Notes: generated from the letters alone by a model not told the origin. A stretch of 64,000 nt of DNA from Candidatus Obscuribacterales bacterium (GCA_965228855.1 CBDDIJ010000003.1:2976001-3040000), one strand, 5' to 3'; shown: positions 29,550-39,530, counted from the stretch's first letter. Program-made: numbers and translations.

Positions 29550-31628
29550 ATGGCCAAAACCATACTAATCGTCGATAAGGACCAGGGCTTCCGAAAGTTA
29601 ATCGCGCCCACTTTCGAAGGTCGAGGTCATAAAGTTGTGCAGGCTGAGAACGGTCGAGCTGCAAAAGAAAGTCTCGAAGCTGATAAACCCGATCTTGTGA
29701 TCGTAGGTTCGCCTCTGCCGGACACTAGCGGAATTCAATGGGTCGAGGATATCAGAAAAGCCGGTCACGAATTGGAAGTCGTTTTCGTGGCAGGTGACAA
29801 AACCGAGTTGTCCGAAGTGAAGCCGGTTTTGAAGGACTGGAATATCAACTTAAGCGCGAGTAAACCACTAATTCCATTCGTGTTCGGTGCTCAGGTCGAA
29901 TGTCAGTTTGCGACCGAGAAAGGTGCCGATGCACAGAAGCAAAAGCTGAAGGACTTCGAGACGATGTTTCTCGCACTCGTGTCGAAGTATGCACGAGTTT
30001 TGCCTGAGAAACTAAGCCTGCTTGCTCAAGCTATTGAAAAAGCGAAAGCAGAGCCGGAATCGAAAGAGAGTCTCGATGAAGTGCGCGGACAAGCGCATAA
30101 AATCAAAGGTACAGGCGGCTCGCTTGGCTTCAGAAAAGTTGGCGAGCACATGGCTTTCATCGAAAATTCAGCCGTCGCCATGGCCGACAAATCGCAAGAC
30201 GAGCGCGACTTGATGTGGGCAGAGATCGATCGTCGATTGGTCGAAGCACAAATTGATGGCGATGAAGAAGCTCGAGAAGTGATGGAAGTCGTGCAAGGTA
30301 AAGAGGAGATCGCCTCCTCCGGCGACCATCAACCTGCTATGGCACGCATCATGGTCGTGGATGAAGACGAAGGTTTTCTTGAGATTGTGGAAGATCTCGG
30401 CAAAGAGCGCTTGGTAGAAATTATCAAGGCTACCAGCCAATTGGAAGCGTTGGACAAAGCCTCCGCCTATCCGCTTGATGCTGCGTTGATCAACATTCTT
30501 CCAGAAACACCTGATTCCGGTTTTCAACTCGCTAAAGACCTGCGTGCACTGCCAGGCTACGATAACTTGCCGCTGGCATTTATCTCCGGCGATGCTCTTA
30601 CCAAAGACCGCGTAGAAGGCGCACATGCAGGCGCGTCGCTCTATCTGGATAAACCGTTTGAGTCGGACTCTCTCGAAAAAGCAGTTCATCACCTCGTCGC
30701 AATTCGACAAGGTGGACGCCCCAGAGTTCTGGTTTGCGATGATGATGAATTCTTTGGAAACACAGTTGCTCTGGTACTCCGCAACGAAGGAATGATCGTC
30801 AGAACTCTGACGGACCCGAATATCATCCTCGATGTGATGCAAGAATTTCCGCCGGACATGCTGCTTCTCGACGTCATGATGCCGGGAGTTACCGGATTCG
30901 AAGTATGCCGAATGTTGCGATTGATACCACGATGGCAGGATCTTCCAATTATTTTCTTGACCGGACAAACTGGCGTAGAGGCGCGTGTAGAGGCATTCCG
31001 CTGCGGTGGCGACGACTACTTGCCCAAGCCGGTCGTGAATGAAGAGCTATTGACTCGCGTAAAAGTTCGTCTCGATCGTGCCAAGATGTTGCGAGAACGA
31101 TCCGACAAAGACACAATCACAGGACTACTCTTGAGACGAGCGTTTTCAGAACAGTTGTCGGCAATTCTTGCAGAGTCGCAACGCGTAAAAACCAATTTTA
31201 GTATCTGTCTTCTGGACGTAGATCACTTCAAGAAGGTGAACGACACTCACGGTCACCTCGCCGGCGACAACGTTCTCGCTGGTCTTGGTCAGCTACTGTC
31301 GCGTCGTTTTCGTGTCGATGATCTCAGAGGCAGATGGGGCGGAGAAGAATTTATTCTAGCTTTCCGCCGAGAGAAAAAAGAGATTATCCACAAAGCGGTC
31401 ACACGAGCACTCGAAGAGTTTCGCGAAACGCCGTTCTTCAGCGACGAAGGACAAGAGTTCCACTGCAGTTTCAGCGGTGGACTTGCGACTTTCCCTGACG
31501 ACGGCGAATCAATTTTCGATCTCGTTCAAGCATCCGACAAGCGATTATATATCGCGAAAAAACAGGGAAGAAACCGCATCATCTTCGAAGACGACGCAGA
31601 AGTTCCATCAGTCAAAGCGAGCCACTAG
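29550..31628 (+). CDS. Diguanylate cyclase with REC-HPt-REC-REC-GGDEF architecture
   Basis: HPt AHKIKGTGGSLGF; third REC LLLDVMMP; DVDHFKKVNDTHGH; RVDD I-site; RWGGEEF. Confidence 0.92.
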   Translation: MAKTILIVDKDQGFRKLIAPTFEGRGHKVVQAENGRAAKESLEADKPDLVIVGSPLPDTSGIQWVEDIRKAGHELEVVFVAGDKTELSEVKPVLKDWNINLSASKPLIPFVFGAQVECQFATEKGADAQKQKLKDFETMFLALVSKYARVLPEKLSLLAQAIEKAKAEPESKESLDEVRGQAHKIKGTGGSLGFRKVGEHMAFIENSAVAMADKSQDERDLMWAEIDRRLVEAQIDGDEEAREVMEVVQGKEEIASSGDHQPAMARIMVVDEDEGFLEIVEDLGKERLVEIIKATSQLEALDKASAYPLDAALINILPETPDSGFQLAKDLRALPGYDNLPLAFISGDALTKDRVEGAHAGASLYLDKPFESDSLEKAVHHLVAIRQGGRPRVLVCDDDEFFGNTVALVLRNEGMIVRTLTDPNIILDVMQEFPPDMLLLDVMMPGVTGFEVCRMLRLIPRWQDLPIIFLTGQTGVEARVEAFRCGGDDYLPKPVVNEELLTRVKVRLDRAKMLRERSDKDTITGLLLRRAFSEQLSAILAESQRVKTNFSICLLDVDHFKKVNDTHGHLAGDNVLAGLGQLLSRRFRVDDLRGRWGGEEFILAFRREKKEIIHKAVTRALEEFRETPFFSDEGQEFHCSFSGGLATFPDDGESIFDLVQASDKRLYIAKKQGRNRIIFEDDAEVPSVKASH

Positions 31629-31645
31629 TCTCAGTTTCAACACAC

Positions 31646-32617
31646 CTATCGCGACTGTCCTTGATGTTCCTGTCGAATGCGATGTACCTCGTCCAGGTTT
31701 TGTTCGTTGAACTCCTGACGTCCGTATGAACCATGGAAAGTTTCAAACTTTCCGGCAACCGGAACCGAGTTCGGAATGAAGATTATCCATTTGCTGCCTG
31801 GCTTCGGCATCATCGCGGGATCCCATTTCCAATCAGCCGGTTTCACATCACTGCTTATCTTGCGACTGAATTCGTATCGAACCGGAAGCACCTTATTTAG
31901 TGGCGGTCCTTTCAAGATCTCGGTTACTTTAAAAACTGCGGTGGGAGGATTATTGAATGTCACTAGCCCTTCATGCTCAAAGCGCTTGAATTCGGCAACA
32001 ACGATACTCTCAGATTTCATGAATGCGTTTAAAACCGAGAGCGACTCTTCTGAGTCTTCATTGACCGCAGCAGGAGAAAGAGGAGCACGAATTGGCGTGG
32101 GCGTTTCGACACGCGGCTGAAAAGCTAGGACTCGACCTGTTTCAGGCGGCGCCTCTGGCGGATCACTCTTCGCATATAAGGTACGAAGTTTGCCCGGCAA
32201 GATAGAAGGTTCCTCGACCTTTTCCAAAGCCAGCTTGAGCTGCGGCTCAGCCTCAGCGTATCTGTTCAACTTGAACAAACACTCGCCATATTCAAGACTC
32301 ATCTCGCTTTTAAGATTCGGTCTCTTATCGAACAGTTGCTCTAGAGCAAGAGTGGCTTGGTCCCACTGTTTCAAGTTTCGGCTCGCTTCATAGAAGCCGA
32401 AGTAGAAATCGTCGTCCTTGCCCAGAAGCTTCCTGTATTCAGATTGAGCTTCGGCATACGACCCGTTCTTTAACGCTCGTGTAGCCTTTCTCGCAATACC
32501 AGAGGTAATTACTGACCCATAGAAGCCAACGTCATCAGCAGCGCGGGTCGGGGAAACAGGAATAACAAAAATGCATAACGACAGGCTGAGCAAGCCAGCC
32601 AAACCAAGTTTATCCAT
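31646..32617 (-). CDS. Exported TPR protein with conserved C-terminal domain (paralogue of 34030-35070)
   Basis: Signal peptide, TPR-like helices, shared LKGPPL...ETFHGSYGRQE...QEHQGQ. Confidence 0.8.
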   Translation of the reverse strand: MDKLGLAGLLSLSLCIFVIPVSPTRAADDVGFYGSVITSGIARKATRALKNGSYAEAQSEYRKLLGKDDDFYFGFYEASRNLKQWDQATLALEQLFDKRPNLKSEMSLEYGECLFKLNRYAEAEPQLKLALEKVEEPSILPGKLRTLYAKSDPPEAPPETGRVLAFQPRVETPTPIRAPLSPAAVNEDSEESLSVLNAFMKSESIVVAEFKRFEHEGLVTFNNPPTAVFKVTEILKGPPLNKVLPVRYEFSRKISSDVKPADWKWDPAMMPKPGSKWIIFIPNSVPVAGKFETFHGSYGRQEFNEQNLDEVHRIRQEHQGQSR

Positions 32618-32755
32618 GGGACACACTCCATAAAACGGTGCCAAGCCGCCTAAGCTATAACCATTTTTCTAAGAGTGTGAATTTTCAACCAGGAGGAAAA
32701 CCCTAGGTTTCAGCGACGTGACATGTCGATACCACAGGTTCACGAATGCGCACGT

Positions 32756-33355
32756 TTACCAATCGTCATCATCATCGTCGTCGCCTTTCTTAGCCGCACC
32801 AGGCTTGCCGCCTGGGTTTTGCTGCTGCTGCAACTTCTTCTGTTCAGCTTGCTTTTTCTTCTGCTCGTTTATAGCCTTCATCTGCTGCAGATACGCCCAA
32901 GTATCTTTATAGGCTTTATCGTATTCCTTGCAACCGTATGAAACGGCATTCTTCAAGAATGGCAACGCCTTTTCAGGCTTCTTCATTTTTAAATAAATAG
33001 TCCCGGTAACGCCTTGATTCTGGCAATTCGACGGATCCATTTGAACGGCTTTCTCGAGTTGCACAGCGGCAGCTGCGAAGTCAGCGGGTGTGCCACCAGC
33101 TGCCAGGTAATTACCGTATTGAGCTCGAAGCTTCGGGTCATTCGGCGACATCCCCACTAAGATGCCATATTCGGCAAGCGCTTGAGGTCGCTTCCTTTGT
33201 TGAACGTAAATTGAAAGAAGACAAGTGTGAATGACGGTTTTGCGTTTCTCGACTTGGGCACTGTCAACCTGCGCATCGGCAATCTGACAGCTCACCGTCA
33301 TCAACGCAGGTACAACCATCGAATACGCAATTGCATATCTGAGCGCACGCTGCAT
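32756..33355 (-). CDS. Exported TPR protein ending DDDDDDDW (paralogue of 33401-33994)
   Basis: Signal peptide ending ADA-Q; RPQALAEY and DPKLR shared with its neighbour. Confidence 0.8.
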   Translation of the reverse strand: MQRALRYAIAYSMVVPALMTVSCQIADAQVDSAQVEKRKTVIHTCLLSIYVQQRKRPQALAEYGILVGMSPNDPKLRAQYGNYLAAGGTPADFAAAAVQLEKAVQMDPSNCQNQGVTGTIYLKMKKPEKALPFLKNAVSYGCKEYDKAYKDTWAYLQQMKAINEQKKKQAEQKKLQQQQNPGGKPGAAKKGDDDDDDDW

Positions 33356-33400
33356 TATTAATCCCTCAAAGTAACTACCAAAAGCGGCCCTCACGACAAT

Positions 33401-33994
33401 TTACCAATCATCATCGTCATCATCGGACGATTTCTTGGCACCACCGGCGCCACCAGCACCAGCCTGAGCGGCTTGCTGCTTTTTCACCTCGTCTTGACGC
33501 TTCTTCATCTCAGCAATCCGCTTATTGCCTTCGATGTATTTAAACGTCTCCTCGTAGCTTTTCTTGTACTCCTGCCCACCATACTGCACAGCGATGCGCA
33601 ACCACTTCAAAGCCTCGTTGGGGTTCTTAGCCTTTAGATAAAGCGCTCCAAGAACCCCATTGTAGGTGGCGTTAGACGGATCAAGTTGCACAGCCTTCTT
33701 GATCTGAGTGATACCAGCTGCAATATCACCAGGTGTCTGACTGGCAGCAACGTATCGACCGTAAGCATATCGAAGCTTGGGGTCATCCGGCTTCAAACCG
33801 ACCATGGTGGCGTATTCAGCCAGTGCCTGAGGACGTTGCTTCTTGTCGATGTAAATCTGAAGCAGGCACGCATGAATAACCTCTTTGCGTTTCTGAATCT
33901 GCGAAGCCTCAAGCTGTGCGCTCGCGGGCGAGACGCCCACGGACGAAGCCATCACGGCAAGAGCTAAAGCAGCGTTCATAACTCGTTTGGACAT
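33401..33994 (-). CDS. Exported TPR protein ending DDDDDDW
   Basis: GGAGG RBS, signal peptide ending ASA-Q, TPR pattern (AVQLDPSNA..LGALY). Confidence 0.82.
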   Translation of the reverse strand: MSKRVMNAALALAVMASSVGVSPASAQLEASQIQKRKEVIHACLLQIYIDKKQRPQALAEYATMVGLKPDDPKLRYAYGRYVAASQTPGDIAAGITQIKKAVQLDPSNATYNGVLGALYLKAKNPNEALKWLRIAVQYGGQEYKKSYEETFKYIEGNKRIAEMKKRQDEVKKQQAAQAGAGGAGGAKKSSDDDDDDW

Positions 33995-34029
33995 TTACAA
34001 ACCTCCGTGTCTCAAGACAAGTTGCAGGA

Positions 34030-35070
34030 TTACTTCGCTTGACCTTGGTGCTCTTGGATAATTCTGTGGATTTCGTCGATGTTGTGCTCGTTCCATTCTT
34101 GCCTGCCGTATGAGCCGTGGAAGGTTTCAAATTGTCCGTCAATCGGCACGCAGTTCGGAATGAAGATAAGCCACTTGGAGCCCTTCTTCGGCATTTTGTC
34201 TTCCGTAAACGTCCAGTCTTTTGGTTTCTCCTCACCGACGATCTTCTCGTGGAATTCATATTTGACCGGCAATGTCCGGCTGAGAGGCGGTCCTTTCAGG
34301 TATTCAACGATGTGGAAGTTTGCCTGCGGTGGTTTGTAGTACGAGACCGGTCCTTCATGCTCAAATCCTTTGTACTCAGCGACGAACACGCCCTCGCACT
34401 TCATGAAAGCGTTCAAGAACGTCAGTGATTTGCGCGATGTATGTTCGTGAACATCAGATGCATCGAGAGTTCCCTCTCGAGCTGGCGCGACATATTTCTC
34501 CGGTTCCTTATAAGCGATGATTGGTCCCACTTCAGGTTTATGAACGATGATGCTTTTCTCTACAAGGCGCTTCAAACGCGTCTCTACTATCGACGGCTCA
34601 CTGACTTTAGTCAGCGCTTTCTTCAACACTGGCTCGGCTTCATCGTACCGGTTCAGGTGAAACAGTGCCTCACCGTATTCGAGAAGCATTTGATCTTTGT
34701 ACTTCGGATTTTTATTGAATAGCTCTTCGAGAGCCATTGCAACTTGCTCCCACTGAAGCAATTTATAACTGGTTTCATACAGCCCGAAATAAAAATCCTC
34801 CTGGTTAGGATCTTGCCCGATTGCCTTTCTAAACTCGCCTTGAGCAACAGCCCACTCACCTTTCTTCATCGCAGAAGCCGCGGCCTGAGCGGCTCTCTGA
34901 ACTGTCACCGATCCGTAAAAACCCACGTCGTCGGAATCTAAAGCCTTTGCTGGCGAACTCGTCGCCCCGATCAGCGAAAAACTGAGAGAGACGGCCATTA
35001 GACTGTGCTGGAGTTTCCTTTGAAAAGACTGGGTAGAAGCGTCGTTTGGCATAGAACGGGATTTGGACAT
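34030..35070 (-). CDS. Exported TPR protein with conserved C-terminal domain
   Basis: AGGAG RBS, signal peptide ending AKA, TPRs, DDVGFYGSV shared with its paralogue. Confidence 0.82.
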   Translation of the reverse strand: MSKSRSMPNDASTQSFQRKLQHSLMAVSLSFSLIGATSSPAKALDSDDVGFYGSVTVQRAAQAAASAMKKGEWAVAQGEFRKAIGQDPNQEDFYFGLYETSYKLLQWEQVAMALEELFNKNPKYKDQMLLEYGEALFHLNRYDEAEPVLKKALTKVSEPSIVETRLKRLVEKSIIVHKPEVGPIIAYKEPEKYVAPAREGTLDASDVHEHTSRKSLTFLNAFMKCEGVFVAEYKGFEHEGPVSYYKPPQANFHIVEYLKGPPLSRTLPVKYEFHEKIVGEEKPKDWTFTEDKMPKKGSKWLIFIPNCVPIDGQFETFHGSYGRQEWNEHNIDEIHRIIQEHQGQAK

Positions 35071-35251
35071 CGCAAATCTACTCCTTGAAATTTGGCAGCA
35101 AAACGCCGGGATAGCTTATAAGCCATGTTCCACGTTTGGAACGTTTACCCACCCTGTGAGGTTAACTCTTGTGAATTGTTTCAGTAACGCTTTGTTCCCC
35201 GATTTCGCTGAACCGATGATCGGCGTCCGAAAAGATCAGGGTTTTCCGTGC

Positions 35252-36937
35252 TTAGAAATGCGGACTTGCGCCGTAAGGCTCGGACACCATGGTCAATTCC
35301 ATGGTCCTCATCCCCGCACCAAGGTCTTCGACAAACTGAATGGGCGAGAATTTATAGTCTGCAGAAGCTGCGTTATTCGGTTCAAACCAATCGGGCGGTT
35401 CGTGAAGCACACCGAGGAAATCTTCCGCCCATTTATCTGCCGCTCCGAGAACCATGGTGTACGGCAACAGTCTTCCGAACACTGTCGGGTCACTGGCCAC
35501 AAGCGTCTCGACATGACGCCCCTCCACATCATTCAGAAAAATAGCGAATCCTAATGAGCGGCGCAATGCCAAGATGCCTTTCTGAGTCCGCGCCGGCATA
35601 GCGAACGCGAAGGTTCCGATCAAAGCCGCGGAAACGAACAGCCCGATACCGAATGGTGCCAAGACTGCATTGCCGCTTGAGGCCAGTATCAAAATCATTC
35701 CTATCAAACTGAAGAACACGGCCATCGTGCGATACTGCTTCCGCACGACGTCCGGATTTTGAAGGAAATAGCCTTCCTGAGCCAATGCGTCATAGATCTC
35801 ATCACGAATAGCAGGAATGCGCGACGCGAAGCTGTTTTTCAAATCGGATAGAAGTATCTCTTCACGAGTTCCAAAAATTGCGTTCAAAAAATCCTTTTCG
35901 TAATTCCGAAGCGGTGCATCATCGCCTGCTGCCTTGGTTTTAATAAAGAGGTAGTCGAAATTTCCGAATCCCATGGCATTCCGTTTAGCAACTTCGCGAA
36001 TTTTCAAATGACCACGAGCCGCAAGGTCTATAAGAGTAGCGATAATGTCTTGCATGTCACAGCGCTCGTCGTACAGTGTGCCGACTTCCGCGGGAGTCAT
36101 CTCGGTAGGCGGATCCCAGGCAACGACTATTTCCTCAGGATTGGCAGCGTCACGTCCAAAGTGCCACCACAAAACATACAGCGCAGCTCCTGTAAAAACC
36201 GGCACGAAAAGCGCAGGCCACCAGTCATCCAACCAGTAGAGCATCTGCCTGAATATCGACGGCGGCGCGATTGAGCCTTTAGGAAAGTCGGCAATCACAA
36301 AGAAGTTCTGCCCCGGATTTACGGGAGCTGCTGTGAATTGGGCAAAAGAATTTTGCAGACGTATGTTCACCTTATCCTTTCCGGACGGATCGCCGACGTA
36401 GGCGCTCCGAGTCATCTGGGAAGGCATTACCCCGGCAGGAGGATAAAGCGAAACTCGAGCACGCTCGATTGGCACCGGCCATTCACCGCCCGTCGCGTCG
36501 AAAACGAGTTCGGGTGTACCTTCAAAATAATTGACGCCATTTCGCATGGCGTATCGGATTTTGAAAACGTGCTTGCCGGTCATCGGAACATGCGGCTCGC
36601 CAATAGTCACAATTGCAGCATCGTCATGTTTAACCACACGTGCCTTCACTGGACGGTCGTCACCACCCTCGGTGGCTCCCAAGAAGCGAAAATCGACTGA
36701 GTAGGTTCCACCCGACCGTTGAATCGTGGTCGGGATATTTCGAGTAAAACCGTTTCTCTTCGAGTTATCGAAGTCATAGGAAATCGACTCGGTAACGTAG
36801 ATGGTTGAATCTTTCTGAACGACGATTGAAGTATCGAAATATCGAATCACTTCAGAACGAGCCGGTTGACAGACCAGCAATCCGGTAATCGATACCAGTA
36901 GCGATACCATCGCATTCTTAGCGAATCGATAACTCAT
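35252..36937 (-). CDS. DUF2207 (YciQ-like) membrane protein
   Basis: Signal peptide, VTESISYDF, ATGGEWPVPI, PPxxMTPAEVG, ATLIDLAARG and LLPY motifs. Confidence 0.85.
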   Translation of the reverse strand: MSYRFAKNAMVSLLVSITGLLVCQPARSEVIRYFDTSIVVQKDSTIYVTESISYDFDNSKRNGFTRNIPTTIQRSGGTYSVDFRFLGATEGGDDRPVKARVVKHDDAAIVTIGEPHVPMTGKHVFKIRYAMRNGVNYFEGTPELVFDATGGEWPVPIERARVSLYPPAGVMPSQMTRSAYVGDPSGKDKVNIRLQNSFAQFTAAPVNPGQNFFVIADFPKGSIAPPSIFRQMLYWLDDWWPALFVPVFTGAALYVLWWHFGRDAANPEEIVVAWDPPTEMTPAEVGTLYDERCDMQDIIATLIDLAARGHLKIREVAKRNAMGFGNFDYLFIKTKAAGDDAPLRNYEKDFLNAIFGTREEILLSDLKNSFASRIPAIRDEIYDALAQEGYFLQNPDVVRKQYRTMAVFFSLIGMILILASSGNAVLAPFGIGLFVSAALIGTFAFAMPARTQKGILALRRSLGFAIFLNDVEGRHVETLVASDPTVFGRLLPYTMVLGAADKWAEDFLGVLHEPPDWFEPNNAASADYKFSPIQFVEDLGAGMRTMELTMVSEPYGASPHF

Positions 36938-36968
36938 ATTCTATCCTCTGCCTGGCGGACAACGCGAA

Positions 36969-37664
36969 CTATTTAGCAGGTGCTTTGAGCGCCTTTATCT
37001 TCGCATTGATTTTATTCGCTTTGAAAGCGTTTCCGGCCTTTTCCCAGGCTTCACCGCACTTGTCCAAAATCTCACGGTACGATTCAGACTTGACTACTTT
37101 GGCATCTTCTTCCATCAGACCCACTGCGGTCTGATAAACATTCGCGGCTTCTTCCCACCGGTGCTGCTTCGCCAGCACGCGGCCGAGGTTGCCGAGAGTG
37201 ATGTAAACAGCTTGATTTTTACGACCAAACGCTCTGATGAAGAGCTTCTGCGCTTTCGTCAGCAGTGGAACAGCCTGTAAATACATTTCCTTTTCTTCGT
37301 AGATTGCAGCCAGGTTGTTGAGAATCGCGGCTTGCCTTGCTTCCTGACCGATGTACAAATCGCATTGATTCAACGCCACGAGAAATATCTTCTCGGCGCG
37401 GTCGTAATCCTTCTTTTGAAGCGCATCATTACCATCCTTGATGTTGACGTCTATGTCACGACGCATATAGTCGATTTGCGGTTCGTCGGCTTTCTGAGCG
37501 GTTTCAGCAGAGCCCGTGGCGGCGGCATCTCCGCTACCTGAAGCGGAAGAATTCGCCGAAGTGCCTGTCGTAACACCGCCTCCGGGAGCGCCACTTTTGC
37601 ATGCGCCCAAAACACTTGCCGCGACAATCACGACCAGCAACATAGAAATTTTGTTCATCGTCAC
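36969..37664 (-). CDS. TPR lipoprotein
   Basis: Lipobox LGAC; TPRs ILNNLAAIY and TLGNLGRVL. Confidence 0.8.
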   Translation of the reverse strand: MTMNKISMLLVVIVAASVLGACKSGAPGGGVTTGTSANSSASGSGDAAATGSAETAQKADEPQIDYMRRDIDVNIKDGNDALQKKDYDRAEKIFLVALNQCDLYIGQEARQAAILNNLAAIYEEKEMYLQAVPLLTKAQKLFIRAFGRKNQAVYITLGNLGRVLAKQHRWEEAANVYQTAVGLMEEDAKVVKSESYREILDKCGEAWEKAGNAFKANKINAKIKALKAPAK

Positions 37665-37879
37665 CCCTGACAGCTATAGAAGGCTAACGCCTTTTAATCG
37701 CAACAACAATCCGCGGAAAATGCACCATACCGTTTAACTATAAGCGTTGTCCAATTTACCAATTGGTCAAATATAGCTCTAAACCATTTATACTAGGTCC
37801 GGTTCTATGGGCGTCCACCTAAATTTCGAAGTAGTCAAGTTAACGTACAGATCCTATTACCAAGTTGGCGATATACGAC

Positions 37880-38791
37880 ATGTCAGATAACAAACCGGAA
37901 ACCATCAGATATTCACGGCTGGCAGTCTCCGCCATCGTGCTCACCTTTATTCTGGGCGCGACGCTCGCTCCACGCCTCACCGCGGGAATGGACTATGGTC
38001 CGAGCCCGATGCAGAATCCGGTAATTTTCAATCCCACTGTGAATCCGGTCACAACCCCTCCGATCGTTGTGCCGACGGACGTTCAACCGAATTTGAACGC
38101 TTTTCAAACCGGCGCAAATATACCGATGGTTAATTACGACCTTGGAGCAATCGCGCTCAACGGCATTATGCGCCTCCCCGATAGCGCCTTCCCGCAGGAG
38201 AGTGCTCTTACCGGACCAACCAACGGAATTACAGTTAAATTCAAGCCTGGCTCCGAGTACAAGATGGAAGGAGACTACATCGTAGTCTTGAAGAAAGGCG
38301 AGATTTTGGTTTCAGTGAAAAAACCATCGCGCCTGGCCATGATCAAGACACCATACGGCAACATCTCGGTTGCGGCTGATGGAGACGTTCTATGCAAGTT
38401 TGAAAACGGAACTTTGCGCGTCACCAACCTCGATGGAGGCGGACAAACCATCAAAGCGCAATTAAATCAAGGACCGTTCGCCGGCGCGTCTGACCCGACT
38501 GTGACAATCGCAGCTGGTTTCGAGATGGTGGGCGCCGACCACAAGCTCACACGCGCAGATATGAGACCGCGCGACGGAGTAGCTCGTCGCCACTTCAAAA
38601 TTTTGGAAAGCGGTCACCTGGCAATCAGCGAAATCTCAGTTGAGAGCGTCATGAAGGCTAACGATGTCATCGCCGATCTAAGGCAGTCCTCGACCGGCGT
38701 GAAAGAGCGTCGAATCCTCGGCGATATGTCGAAGATGGCTGCGGTTTTAAACTATAAAAACGGCACGCAAGGCTTCAAAGTCGAAGAGTAA
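37880..38791 (+). CDS. Exported protein made mainly of the C-terminal domain found in the two giant exoproteins (FecR-like beta region)
   Basis: Signal or TM segment; KTPYGNISVAA matches KTPHANISVAA of the giant protein; SKMAAVL matches TKTQAVI and LKTAAVL. Confidence 0.75.
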   Translation: MSDNKPETIRYSRLAVSAIVLTFILGATLAPRLTAGMDYGPSPMQNPVIFNPTVNPVTTPPIVVPTDVQPNLNAFQTGANIPMVNYDLGAIALNGIMRLPDSAFPQESALTGPTNGITVKFKPGSEYKMEGDYIVVLKKGEILVSVKKPSRLAMIKTPYGNISVAADGDVLCKFENGTLRVTNLDGGGQTIKAQLNQGPFAGASDPTVTIAAGFEMVGADHKLTRADMRPRDGVARRHFKILESGHLAISEISVESVMKANDVIADLRQSSTGVKERRILGDMSKMAAVLNYKNGTQGFKVEE

Positions 38792-38792
38792 A

Positions 38793-39530
38793 CTACGCAG
38801 TGCACTGAAGCGACGAGAGCGCTTCTTCAATTTTTAGCGCGCTGGTAGCGCTGAGCTTCTGTCTGCCATCGCGAAGGGCAGCGACCTCGTCGTAAAGGAG
38901 TTGAGATAACTCGCGATGCTCGTTCCTGTCGCCGGGGGATTCGACGCCAACTTTGGGAAGGCGTTCGTCAAGCGCAATCGGTTTTCCAACAATGATTTTA
39001 ACGGTCGAGGGTGATTTTCCGCGTCCGTAGCTAATGTATGCGGGAATTACAGGAATGCGATGACCGGCAGACGCGGCATTCATTATGATCTTAGCCACTC
39101 CGGGCTTGAACGGATGGATGTCGTCGTCGTAGAAGATATTTCCTTCTGGAAAAACCACTACCGGTTCGCCGGCGCCTAGCTGTTTCACGGCGTAGCCAAC
39201 CGGGTCCAGGCGAGGGTTTGCGGGAAACGCACCAACACTCATCACGGCGGCACCTTGCACACCACGCATCTCATTGGGTGAAACCATGTAATTGGCTCTG
39301 CGATTCAATAAATATTGGACAACCGGACCGTCCCAGCGTTTCGAGTGGTTCGCAATCAATAGAAAGGCGCCATTTTCCGGAAGATTTTCCACACCGATAA
39401 CTTCAAAATTTCTGAACTGAGAGACTACGACCAGCTCATTGACGAAGTTCCAAAAGGCATAACCAAGCAGAGTTTTGCCATCCTTCGGCATGGAGTATCT
39501 GGAAGCTTTGGGTAACACGGCGATAGACAT
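38793..39530 (-). CDS. Lysophospholipid / 1-acyl-glycerol-3-phosphate acyltransferase (PlsC family)
   Basis: NHSKRWD (HxxxxD), VFPEG, PFKPG and PVIP motifs. Confidence 0.88.
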   Translation of the reverse strand: MSIAVLPKASRYSMPKDGKTLLGYAFWNFVNELVVVSQFRNFEVIGVENLPENGAFLLIANHSKRWDGPVVQYLLNRRANYMVSPNEMRGVQGAAVMSVGAFPANPRLDPVGYAVKQLGAGEPVVVFPEGNIFYDDDIHPFKPGVAKIIMNAASAGHRIPVIPAYISYGRGKSPSTVKIIVGKPIALDERLPKVGVESPGDRNEHRELSQLLYDEVAALRDGRQKLSATSALKIEEALSSLQCTA

